From positions 22,884 to 86,883 of the forward strand of contig DATLFP010000252.1 in the NCBI GenBank assembly GCA_035540955.1: a DNA stretch of 64,000 nt, written 5' to 3'. This document shows, piece by piece, positions 39,133 to 48,332 of this stretch (within the stretch, counting starts at the first letter, position 1; the number at the start of each line of letters is the position of its first letter). This DNA is from Acidimicrobiales bacterium (GTDB lineage: Bacteria; Actinomycetota; Acidimicrobiia; Acidimicrobiales; CADCSY01). The translations under genes were made by a program, and so were the position numbers. The notes beneath the pieces were generated by a model that saw only the letters and a program-made list of their open reading frames with translations, searched no databases and was not told where the DNA came from.

Positions 39133-40122
39133 GTGCGGGTCGTCGCTGCGCCGGACAAGCTGCGAGGGACGGCGACCGCGGCGGACGCTGCCGCGGCGAT
39201 CTGCCGCGCCGCGGCGAAGGCCGGGTGGGACGGCGACGCGGTGCCGGTGGCCGATGGCGGCGAGGGCACCCTCGACGTGCTGGGCGGGCCGAACCGGGAG
39301 TCGACGGTGACGGGACCGCTCGGTGATCCGGTGGTGGCCGGCTGGCGCTACGGGAAGACGGCCGTGATCGAGATGGCGCGTGCGTCGGGCCTGACGGTGG
39401 CCGGCGGACCGGACGCCAACGACGCCGTGGCGGCGACGACGATGGGCACCGGCGAGCTGATCAACGCCGCCGTCGACGCCGGGTGCCGGCGGGTGATCGT
39501 CTGCGTGGGCGGCTCGGCCACCACCGACGGCGGCCTCGGCGCCCTGCGGGCCGTCGAGCCCGTCGCCCGGCTCCGGGGGGTCGACCTGGTGGTGGCCTGC
39601 GACGTGCTGACCACCTTCGTCGACGCCGCCCCGCTGTTCGCCGCCCAGAAGGGGGCTTCGCCCTCCCAGGTCGAGCTGCTGCGGCGCCGGCTCGAGCGGC
39701 TGGCGCAGGTCTACGAGCGGGAGTACGGCGTCGACGTGCGGGTTCTCCCGGGGTCGGGCGCCGCCGGCGGCCTGGCCGGCGGGTTGGCGTGCGCCGGCGC
39801 CCGCCTGGTGCCCGGCTTCGACCTCGTCGCCGACGAGCTCGATCTCGCCGAGACGATCGAGGGCGCCGACCTGGTCGTCACCGCCGAGGGGTTCCTCGAC
39901 GAGCAGTCCTTCGAAGGCAAGGTCGTCGGCGGGATCTGCGAGCTGGCGGCGGCCGACGGCATCCCGGTCCTGGCGGTGGTCGGCGAGGTGCTGGACGGCG
40001 TCCGCCTGCCCGGCGGGCTCGAGGTCATCTCGCTGGTGGAGCGCTACGGCCCCGATCGGGCCCACCACGACACGCTGCGCTGCATCGAGGAGGCCGTGGC
40101 CGACCACCTCGCCCGCGCCTGA
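39133..40122 (+). CDS. glxK: glycerate kinase
   Basis: ORF 38962..40122 trimmed to GTG 39133 (VRVVAAPDKLRGT, matching the usual M-KIVIAPDSFKGS N-terminus). VADGGEGT, GGSATTDGGLGAL, DLVVTAEGFLDEQS. Confidence 0.85.
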   Translation: MRVVAAPDKLRGTATAADAAAAICRAAAKAGWDGDAVPVADGGEGTLDVLGGPNRESTVTGPLGDPVVAGWRYGKTAVIEMARASGLTVAGGPDANDAVAATTMGTGELINAAVDAGCRRVIVCVGGSATTDGGLGALRAVEPVARLRGVDLVVACDVLTTFVDAAPLFAAQKGASPSQVELLRRRLERLAQVYEREYGVDVRVLPGSGAAGGLAGGLACAGARLVPGFDLVADELDLAETIEGADLVVTAEGFLDEQSFEGKVVGGICELAAADGIPVLAVVGEVLDGVRLPGGLEVISLVERYGPDRAHHDTLRCIEEAVADHLARA

Positions 40123-40131
40123 GCCCGCCGA

Positions 40132-40182
40132 AGATCTCGGGTCGACGAAGGCCCAAGTGGGGCCTCGAACAGCCCGAGATCT
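40132..40182. terminator. 51-nt compound hairpin downstream of glxK
   Basis: Outer perfect stem AGATCTCGGG/CCCGAGATCT and inner AGGCCC/GGGCCT, 10 nt after the glxK stop. Size class resembles the GTTC...GAAC elements, but the termini differ. Confidence 0.45.
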
Positions 40183-40236
40183 CCTGCGTGCCGACTGCCG
40201 CCGGGGGGTGGCCCGGCGCGCGTACGGTCGGGAGCG

Positions 40237-41385
40237 GTGGGCGAGCGGATCCGGCAGGCCGGGGCGGTGGCGTGGGCGGTCGTCGGGCTGGCCACGCTCC
40301 TCGCGCTGCTCGGCCTCGTCGCCTGGTACCTGCGGGTCGTCTGGCCGCCCCTCGTCCTGGCCGGCGCCATCGTGTTCATCCTCAATCCGGTGGTCACCTG
40401 GGAGCAGCGGCACTCGATCCCGCGCGCGCTCGGCACCGCCCTCGCCTACCTCGCGCTGGCGGCGGCCGTCGGCATCGCCGCTCTGCTCGCCTATCCGCTG
40501 GCCGCCGACCAGGCCGAGGAGCTGGGCGATGAGTGGCCGCAGATCCGCGCCGACCTCGAGGCCCGCGTCGACGATTGGGCGGAAGCGACGAGGAACTGGC
40601 CCATCCCCATCCCGACCTGGGGCGAGCTCGAGGACGAGTTCGGCAACAACGACAGCGACGCCGACCGCGACTCCATCGCCGAGCGCGTCGAGCAGGTGCG
40701 CGACATCGGGCTGCGCATCTTCCACGTGGGGATCATCTTCGTGCTCGGCCCGATCATCGCGTTCTACCTGCTCGTCGATCTGCCGAGGCTCCGTCAGGTG
40801 GCGCTGGGGCTCATCCCGGAGCGATCGGAGCAGGAGGTGCTGCTGGTGGCGTCGCGCCTCAACCGCGCCATCGGAGGCTTCTTCCGGGGTCAGCTGGCGG
40901 TGGCCGCGATCGTCGGGGTGATGGTGTCGATCGGCCTCGCCATCATCGGGCTCCCGTTCTGGCTCCTCGTCGGCATGGTGGCGGGGCTGGCCAACCTCGT
41001 GCCCCTCATCGGACCGTGGGTCGGCGGCATCCCGGGCGTCGTCATCGCCCTGACGACCCGCGACGTGAGCACCGCCGTCTGGGTGGTGGTGGTGATGGCG
41101 GTCGCCCAGCAGATCGACAACCACTTCATCAGCCCGATCGTGATGCAGCGGGCGGTCAAGCTGCATCCGGCCGCCGTGATGATCGCCCTGCTCGCCGGAG
41201 GCACCCTGGGCGGGTTCTTCGGGCTGCTCGTGGCGGTGCCGACCGCGGCCGTGCTGAAGATCATCGTCGGGCACCTGTGGCGGACCTACGTCCTCGGCGA
41301 ACCCCTCGAGGAGGTCGCCGCTCGCAGCCATGAGGAGGATGCCAAGCCCGGCGTCGGCTTCGTCGAGGACGTCGTCGACACGTGA
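40237..41385 (+). CDS. AI-2E family transporter (PerM/UPF0118)
   Basis: About 8 TM helices with the characteristic C-terminal block NLVPLIGPWVGGIPGVVIAL...QQIDNHFISPIVMQRAVKLHP. GTG start preceded by GGGAG. Confidence 0.85.
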   Translation: MGERIRQAGAVAWAVVGLATLLALLGLVAWYLRVVWPPLVLAGAIVFILNPVVTWEQRHSIPRALGTALAYLALAAAVGIAALLAYPLAADQAEELGDEWPQIRADLEARVDDWAEATRNWPIPIPTWGELEDEFGNNDSDADRDSIAERVEQVRDIGLRIFHVGIIFVLGPIIAFYLLVDLPRLRQVALGLIPERSEQEVLLVASRLNRAIGGFFRGQLAVAAIVGVMVSIGLAIIGLPFWLLVGMVAGLANLVPLIGPWVGGIPGVVIALTTRDVSTAVWVVVVMAVAQQIDNHFISPIVMQRAVKLHPAAVMIALLAGGTLGGFFGLLVAVPTAAVLKIIVGHLWRTYVLGEPLEEVAARSHEEDAKPGVGFVEDVVDT

Positions 41386-41413
41386 CGACGTCCGCTCCCC
41401 ACCTCACCGCGGC

Positions 41414-41462
41414 GTTCTGGGACCGATCGGGCCGGCGGAGCGGCCGCGATCGGTCCCAGAAC
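41414..41462. repeat. 49-nt perfect palindromic element GTTCTGGGACCGATCG-N17-CGATCGGTCCCAGAAC (repeat copy E)
   Basis: Lies in the convergent gap between the AI-2E transporter stop (41385) and the DUF6159 gene stop (41471). 16-bp perfect stem extended by GGCCG/CGGCC inside the loop. Confidence 0.7.
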
Positions 41463-41470
41463 GACGGGCG

Positions 41471-42295
41471 TCACTTCTGGTGGAACGCGGCCTCCAGGTT
41501 GGCGACCTCGAACTCCTCGTCCACCGGCAGGCCGTTCGCCCAGCGGTAGAGGGCGGCCTTGAACACGCCCGAGAGCGCCGAGCTCACCGCGATGACGCCG
41601 AGGGTCCAGATCACGGCAGCGGCGATGCCGACGATGGCGAGCACGACGAGGCCGGTGGCAGCCAGCACGCCGGCGACGGCGACGCCGGCCATGACCGCGA
41701 GGAGGCTGATCACGCCGATGCCGAAGTTGAACGTGAGCTGCTCGCCCCAGGTGCCCTTCAGCAGGCGCGACGAGCGCTTGAAGGCCTCGATGGCCCCGAC
41801 GTCTTCGAACACGATGACCGGCAGGGCGAGGAACGAGAGCACGCTGAACGCGGTGGACCCGATCCAGGAGACGAGGCGGCCGAGGACGCCGAGCCGCTGC
41901 TCGATCTGGTCGAGGACGATGGCGACGACGGTCGCCAGCACCGCCCACTCGAGGATCCGGCCGGCACGAGCCCGCGCGGCGGTGAGCGCGGAGGGGATCG
42001 TCGGATCGCCCCCGTCCATGCGCTCGGCGGCGCCGGCGATCACCGCGGCCTGCCCGAGTGCGAACACCCACGTCGCTGCGACCGCGGCGAGCACGCCGAT
42101 GAGCCAGGTGGCGAGGTCACCGGTTCCGGCGGCGTCGACGCCGCCCATGAGCACCACGCCGGGCGCGGCGATCACCGCGAACGCGAGGAGGGCGGCGATG
42201 CCGGAGAGGATCGGGATCCAGATCAGCTCCCGGTCCTGCGCGAGGACCCGCCACGACGCCTTCGAGATGGCCCACCCGCGGGCGATGCGACCCAT
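41471..42295 (-). CDS. polytopic membrane protein (DUF6159-like)
   Basis: ORF 41471..42337 trimmed to ATG 42295 (MGRIARGWAISKASWRVL), which shares one nt with the ferredoxin TGA. 6 or more hydrophobic helices. Family assignment is tentative. Confidence 0.6.
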   Translation of the reverse strand: MGRIARGWAISKASWRVLAQDRELIWIPILSGIAALLAFAVIAAPGVVLMGGVDAAGTGDLATWLIGVLAAVAATWVFALGQAAVIAGAAERMDGGDPTIPSALTAARARAGRILEWAVLATVVAIVLDQIEQRLGVLGRLVSWIGSTAFSVLSFLALPVIVFEDVGAIEAFKRSSRLLKGTWGEQLTFNFGIGVISLLAVMAGVAVAGVLAATGLVVLAIVGIAAAVIWTLGVIAVSSALSGVFKAALYRWANGLPVDEEFEVANLEAAFHQK

Positions 42296-42573
42296 CAGGC
42301 GTCCGCCGGCTCGATGAAGATGCACTCGCCTGGGCACTCCTCGGCCGCCTCGATCACCGGATCGAGCACGTCGTCGGGCACCGGCACGGTGCCGCTGGGG
42401 CCGTGGGCCGCCGGCGAGGACCCGCCGCTCGGACCGAACCGGTTCGGCCAGCCCTTCTCCTTGACGTAGGCGAGGCCGTCGTCGTCCATCTCGAAGATGG
42501 CGGGGGCGATCTCGGCGCAGATGCCGTCACCCGTGCACAGGTCCTGGTCGATCCACACTCGCATGCCGCTCAT
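42295..42573 (-). CDS. ferredoxin, single-cluster CxxDxxC...CP type
   Basis: ORF 42295..42639 trimmed to ATG 42573 (AGGAG 7 nt upstream). IDQDLCTGDGICAEIAP ... ECPGECI, with Asp in the second ligand position and a roughly 35-aa insert. Confidence 0.75.
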   Translation of the reverse strand: MSGMRVWIDQDLCTGDGICAEIAPAIFEMDDDGLAYVKEKGWPNRFGPSGGSSPAAHGPSGTVPVPDDVLDPVIEAAEECPGECIFIEPADA

Positions 42574-42583
42574 TGGGTTGCTC

Positions 42584-43462
42584 CTAGGCGCTTCTGCGGC
42601 GGTAGGCCGCGATGTCGACGAGCGGGGGTCGCTCGCCATGGTCGATGGTCACGTCGTCGAGCCCTGCCCTGGTCAGCAGCGTGGGGAACGCCGAGAGGGC
42701 GACACCGGCTCGCTCGAGCGCCACCCGCAGCACGGCCACGGCCTGCGGCGAGAGCTCTTCGAGGGCGCGGTTCCGGTGCACCCGCACGCCGAGGTCGACC
42801 TGGGCCATGCGGTCGAGACCGACCTCCTCGGCCACGTCGGCGAGGAGGGCGAGGTCGACGCCGTACCCGGTGGCGAACGGCAGGCGCTCGAGCAGCTCTC
42901 GGCGGCCGGCGTACTCGCCCGAGAGGGGTTGGGCGAAGCCCGCCAGGTGGGGCAGCAGGAGGGCGATCGCGGGCCGGGCGGTGAGCTCGGTGACGCGGCC
43001 GCTGTTGCGCTCGTACCACCCCTTCACGAAGTCGATGCTGTCGTCGAGCACCAGGGGTGCCACGAGGCCGACGATGAAGCGAGGGTCGAAGCCCCGCACG
43101 TCGGCATCGCACCAGGCGACGATCTCGCCCTCGGACGCGGCGAGGGACTTCCACAGTGCTTCGCCCTTGCCGGTGCGGGCCCCGAGGTGGGGAAGGACGG
43201 CCGATGCGGCGAGGACGCGGGCCCCGGCGGCCTCGGCCACCGCCGCCGTGCGATCGGTGGAGCGGTCGTCGATCACGAGGATCTCGTCGACCAGGCGGTG
43301 ACGGTCGATCAGCTCCCGGCGGATGGTGGCGACGACGGCGCCGACGGTCGGTTCCTCGTCGCGGGCCGGGATGCAGACCGACACGGTCGCTCCCGCCGCC
43401 GCCTTGGCGCGGCAGAGCGCGTCGATGTCGACATCGGCCGCGACGAAGGAGCGGGGGGGCAC
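42584..43462 (-). CDS. gpgS: glucosyl-3-phosphoglycerate synthase (GT81)
   Basis: VSVCIPARDEEPTVG, ILVIDDRSTDRT, GKGEALW, WCDADV, FVKGWYER closely follow mycobacterial GpgS as remembered. Confidence 0.85.
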   Translation of the reverse strand: MPPRSFVAADVDIDALCRAKAAAGATVSVCIPARDEEPTVGAVVATIRRELIDRHRLVDEILVIDDRSTDRTAAVAEAAGARVLAASAVLPHLGARTGKGEALWKSLAASEGEIVAWCDADVRGFDPRFIVGLVAPLVLDDSIDFVKGWYERNSGRVTELTARPAIALLLPHLAGFAQPLSGEYAGRRELLERLPFATGYGVDLALLADVAEEVGLDRMAQVDLGVRVHRNRALEELSPQAVAVLRVALERAGVALSAFPTLLTRAGLDDVTIDHGERPPLVDIAAYRRRSA

Positions 43463-43480
43463 CCGATCGAGGTTAGGAGG

Positions 43481-44944
43481 TCAGGCCGCCGTGAGGCCCA
43501 GTTCGGCGAGGAGCTGCTCGCGATCGGGGCCGAGCGGCGGCTCCGGCTCCCGTTCCTCCCGCCGCTGGTAGTGGTCCATGACCCGGCCCACGAGCTCGGG
43601 GTTGGTCATGAGCGAGTTCGGGTCCTCGAGCAGGTTGAACATGCGCAGGAACGCCCGGAACAGCACCGGGTCGGTGCGCATCGCGGGCATCACCTCCTTG
43701 AGGACCGAACCGAGGAACTCGTCCTCGGTCCGCGCTTCGCCCTGGGCGATCCGGCGGTTGCGGGCGTCGGCGTCGACGCTGGCCCGGTACCACGGGAGCA
43801 GCTCGCGCTCGGTGCCCTCCTCGAGGGCGAGCGCCTGGGCGACGGGATCGTCGGGATGGTCCCGCAGGGCGGCGGCGAGCAGGTCGGCGTGCACGAAGCC
43901 GAGGGCACAGCCCCGGCCGTAGAGGGGGTTGGTGCACACGGCGGCGTCGCCGATGGCGAGCAGGCCGGGAGCCACGGGCCCGCCGTCGCGGACCACGTGG
44001 CGCAAGCGGTTGAGGAGCTTGGCCATGGGGTGGACGGGCGTGATCGGCTCCGACACCGCCGGGTCGACCCACGGCGCGGTCGGCACGAGCCGGGCCACGA
44101 CCTGGTCGAAGAGGGCCTCCTTGCCGAGCCCGCGGAACACCTCGTCGTCGTTGTTGGTGGCGAGGGTGACCGAGAACGTGCCGTTGTCGCCGGGGAACAC
44201 CGCGAACTTCATGTAGCCGAGGTCGCCGCCGATGGGGCCCTCCTGCTTGGGCGGCTCGACGCCGTCGTGCAGCTTGTAGAAGCGCGACCAGTAGACGATC
44301 CCGGTGTCCTCGGTGACCTCCTCGATCTCGCCGAGGCCGGCCTCGCGCACCCAACGGGGGAACTCGGAGCGGCGGCCGTTGGCAGCGACGACGACGTCAG
44401 CGCGGATCTCCTCGGAGCCCGGCGTGCGGGGGGTCCCCGCAGTGCCCGGGGTGCGGGGGGTCCCCGCAGTAACAGCCGTGCGCACGCCGACGACGCGGCC
44501 GTCCTCGACGACGAGGCCGTCGACGACGACGCCGTCACGGAAGGCCACGTGGTCCTGTTCGAGCACCTTGCGCCGGAGCACCCACTCGAAGGTGGTGCGC
44601 CGGCAGGCGAGCATGGCCAGGTCCTCGTCCCCGGGATGGGGCGTCGGGTCCATGCCCTCGGGGGTCATCTCGGCGATCGTCAGCTCCGTGGCCCCGGCCT
44701 CGAGGAGCGCCTCCCGGACGTCGGGATAGCCGTCCCGCAGCAGGTTGCGGAGCCGGGCCAGGAACATGTGGCTGTGGCGGACCTGGGGGGCGCCGCGCCG
44801 GTCCCACCAGAAGGCGTGCTGGGCGTCCTCGGGCAGGGGGGTGGCGTCCCGCTCCAGCACCGTGACCCGGTGCCCGTCGCGGCCGAGGGCGAGGGCGGCG
44901 CCGAGACCGGCCACGCCCGCTCCGATGACGATCACGTCAGTCAC
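43481..44944 (-). CDS. FAD-dependent oxidoreductase (flavin monooxygenase / geranylgeranyl-reductase-like fold)
   Basis: ORF 43481..45031 trimmed to GTG 44944, because the longer form would run through the groEL CIRCE. Dinucleotide fold DVIVIGAGVAGLGAALALGRDGHRVTVLERD, later GDAAVCTNPLYGRGC. Specific function not recognised. Confidence 0.7.
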   Translation of the reverse strand: MTDVIVIGAGVAGLGAALALGRDGHRVTVLERDATPLPEDAQHAFWWDRRGAPQVRHSHMFLARLRNLLRDGYPDVREALLEAGATELTIAEMTPEGMDPTPHPGDEDLAMLACRRTTFEWVLRRKVLEQDHVAFRDGVVVDGLVVEDGRVVGVRTAVTAGTPRTPGTAGTPRTPGSEEIRADVVVAANGRRSEFPRWVREAGLGEIEEVTEDTGIVYWSRFYKLHDGVEPPKQEGPIGGDLGYMKFAVFPGDNGTFSVTLATNNDDEVFRGLGKEALFDQVVARLVPTAPWVDPAVSEPITPVHPMAKLLNRLRHVVRDGGPVAPGLLAIGDAAVCTNPLYGRGCALGFVHADLLAAALRDHPDDPVAQALALEEGTERELLPWYRASVDADARNRRIAQGEARTEDEFLGSVLKEVMPAMRTDPVLFRAFLRMFNLLEDPNSLMTNPELVGRVMDHYQRREEREPEPPLGPDREQLLAELGLTAA

Positions 44945-45017
44945 AGGTGCATCATTCCGCACCAGACGGCGATCTCCTCGGTCGCCCAGTTGCGACGCTC
45001 TCCACACCGTGGTTGGA

Positions 45018-46683
<1,666 letters not shown>

Positions 46684-46687
46684 GTCT

Positions 46688-48283
46688 TCAGTGGCGGGTG
46701 CGGGCCAGCGCGATCAGGCCCGCGGCGCCGGCGGCGAGGACAGGGAGCACGAGGAGCCGGGCGGGACCGCGGTCCCGCCCGGCTCCGTCGTCCCCGGCCG
46801 GGGCCGAGGCCGCCAGCGTGGTCGTCGTCGCCCGGCGACGGCTGGTCGCCGCGGCCGTCTCGGCGGCGACTGCCGCCCCCACCCGGTCGGGGGGAGCCTG
46901 GATCGCTTGATCGGCGTCCGGCGGTGGGGGTGCCTCGTCGGCCACCTCGATCCGCAGCGCCCACCTCGTCGACCGCAGGCCCATCGCCGCGTCGGCCTCG
47001 AGTGCCGGGTAGCGGGCGGGGCCGGCGTCGCCGTCGAGCTCGACCTCGAGCGGGCGGCCCGATGGGCCGGTGCTGCTGACCCGGGCGGTGACGGCGGTCC
47101 CGGGGTAGCCGAGGCGGACGGCGAGGTCGGCGAGGCCGATGCGGACCTCCCACGGGTCCGGGCTGCGGGTCGGGTACGTCGTCGCCACGAGATAGGGGTG
47201 GGCCTCGTCGGGCGTGCCGAAGCCCTCGCGGGGCGTGGCCGACACCCCGGCGGCGTTGGCGGAGTACACCGCCGACGCCAGCGCCCGGCCCCAGGTCAGC
47301 GTCGTACCCAGCGTCGTGTTCACCGCCTCCACCTGGCGCGGAAACTCCGCCGATGCACCCTTGTAGACCTGGCAGCGCTGGGTGTCGCAGATCTCGCCGT
47401 TGGCGGCCATGGCCCGCAGCGCGTAGGTCCGGGCCGCCACCACCTGGGCCTGGACCGCAGCGAGCGGGAACGACGCGCCCACCTCGGCCAGCCCCCACAG
47501 GTACTGCTCGACGTCGAGGTCGTTGACCACCCGCAGCACACCGGTGGCCGCCGACACCTCGAGCTCCCCGCGGTAGCGCAGACCGCGAGCCGGCACCCCC
47601 ACCGTGCCGCCGCCGGTCACGGGTCCCGCCCAGACGGGCTCGGGTGATGTCGCCGCTGGCGGTCCCGACGGCGCCGGCACCGGCGCCGGCTCCCCGGTGG
47701 GCGGTGGCGCCGTCGTCGAGGTCGACTCCTCCGGCGCGGTCGTCGAGGTCAGTCCCGGCAGGAGGCCGGCGGTGGTGGAGGTCGTCGACGAGGTCGACGT
47801 CGAGGACGTCGTCGACGGGAGCGGGAGGTCGACGGGCTGGGCGGCGGCGACGCTCGCGGCGCCGACGGTGCCGCTCGCGTGCACCCGGTAGCCGTCCGGG
47901 CCGTGGGCGATCGTCACCGCGCCGCCCGCGGGCACCCGCACGGGGAACCCTCGCCGCTGGGGCCCGGTTCGCGGACTGCGCACCTCGCCGCCGTCGGGGA
48001 AGGTCAGGGCGGCCACGCTGTCGTCGGCGACGTGCACGACGACGCGGACGGTCCCCGTGTGCGAGCCCCGCCCCGCGCCGGGATAGAAGTGGTCGAGGAT
48101 GCCGTCCATCGACGCGCCGTCGGTCGCCATCCAGAAGGCGCCGTCCTGGGCCATGCCCACGCCGTGGCCCCATCCCTCACCGTCCACGACCACCACCGGC
48201 ACCGCGGCGATCGCCGTCGGGGCGGGGGTGATCGCCGCTCCCACGCCGAGCGCGACGAGCGCGCCGAGGAGGATCCGACCCAC
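46688..48283 (-). CDS. SpoIID/LytB domain protein, secreted with a C-terminal TM anchor; domain order appears permuted
   Basis: Signal peptide, then GWGHGVGMAQDGAFWMA (normally the C-terminal SpoIID motif). An S/T/P-rich linker follows, then EQYLWGLAEV...AVQAQVVAARTYAL...CDTQRCQVYKG...AVYSANAAGVSATP...PYLV (normally the N-terminal part). Ends with a hydrophobic tail LLVLPVLAAGAAGLIALA. Confidence 0.8.
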   Translation of the reverse strand: MGRILLGALVALGVGAAITPAPTAIAAVPVVVVDGEGWGHGVGMAQDGAFWMATDGASMDGILDHFYPGAGRGSHTGTVRVVVHVADDSVAALTFPDGGEVRSPRTGPQRRGFPVRVPAGGAVTIAHGPDGYRVHASGTVGAASVAAAQPVDLPLPSTTSSTSTSSTTSTTAGLLPGLTSTTAPEESTSTTAPPPTGEPAPVPAPSGPPAATSPEPVWAGPVTGGGTVGVPARGLRYRGELEVSAATGVLRVVNDLDVEQYLWGLAEVGASFPLAAVQAQVVAARTYALRAMAANGEICDTQRCQVYKGASAEFPRQVEAVNTTLGTTLTWGRALASAVYSANAAGVSATPREGFGTPDEAHPYLVATTYPTRSPDPWEVRIGLADLAVRLGYPGTAVTARVSSTGPSGRPLEVELDGDAGPARYPALEADAAMGLRSTRWALRIEVADEAPPPPDADQAIQAPPDRVGAAVAAETAAATSRRRATTTTLAASAPAGDDGAGRDRGPARLLVLPVLAAGAAGLIALARTRH

Positions 48284-48332
48284 GCCGGGAAGGTAGCGGT
48301 GACCGGCGCCGGCGCCGTACCGAGGAGGCCCG

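Noticed and set aside
39097-41331. 744-aa minus-strand ORF
   Set aside because: Antisense to glycerate kinase and the AI-2E transporter. The His/Arg/Asp/Gly-rich product is implausible as a protein, while the sense genes have clear family signatures.
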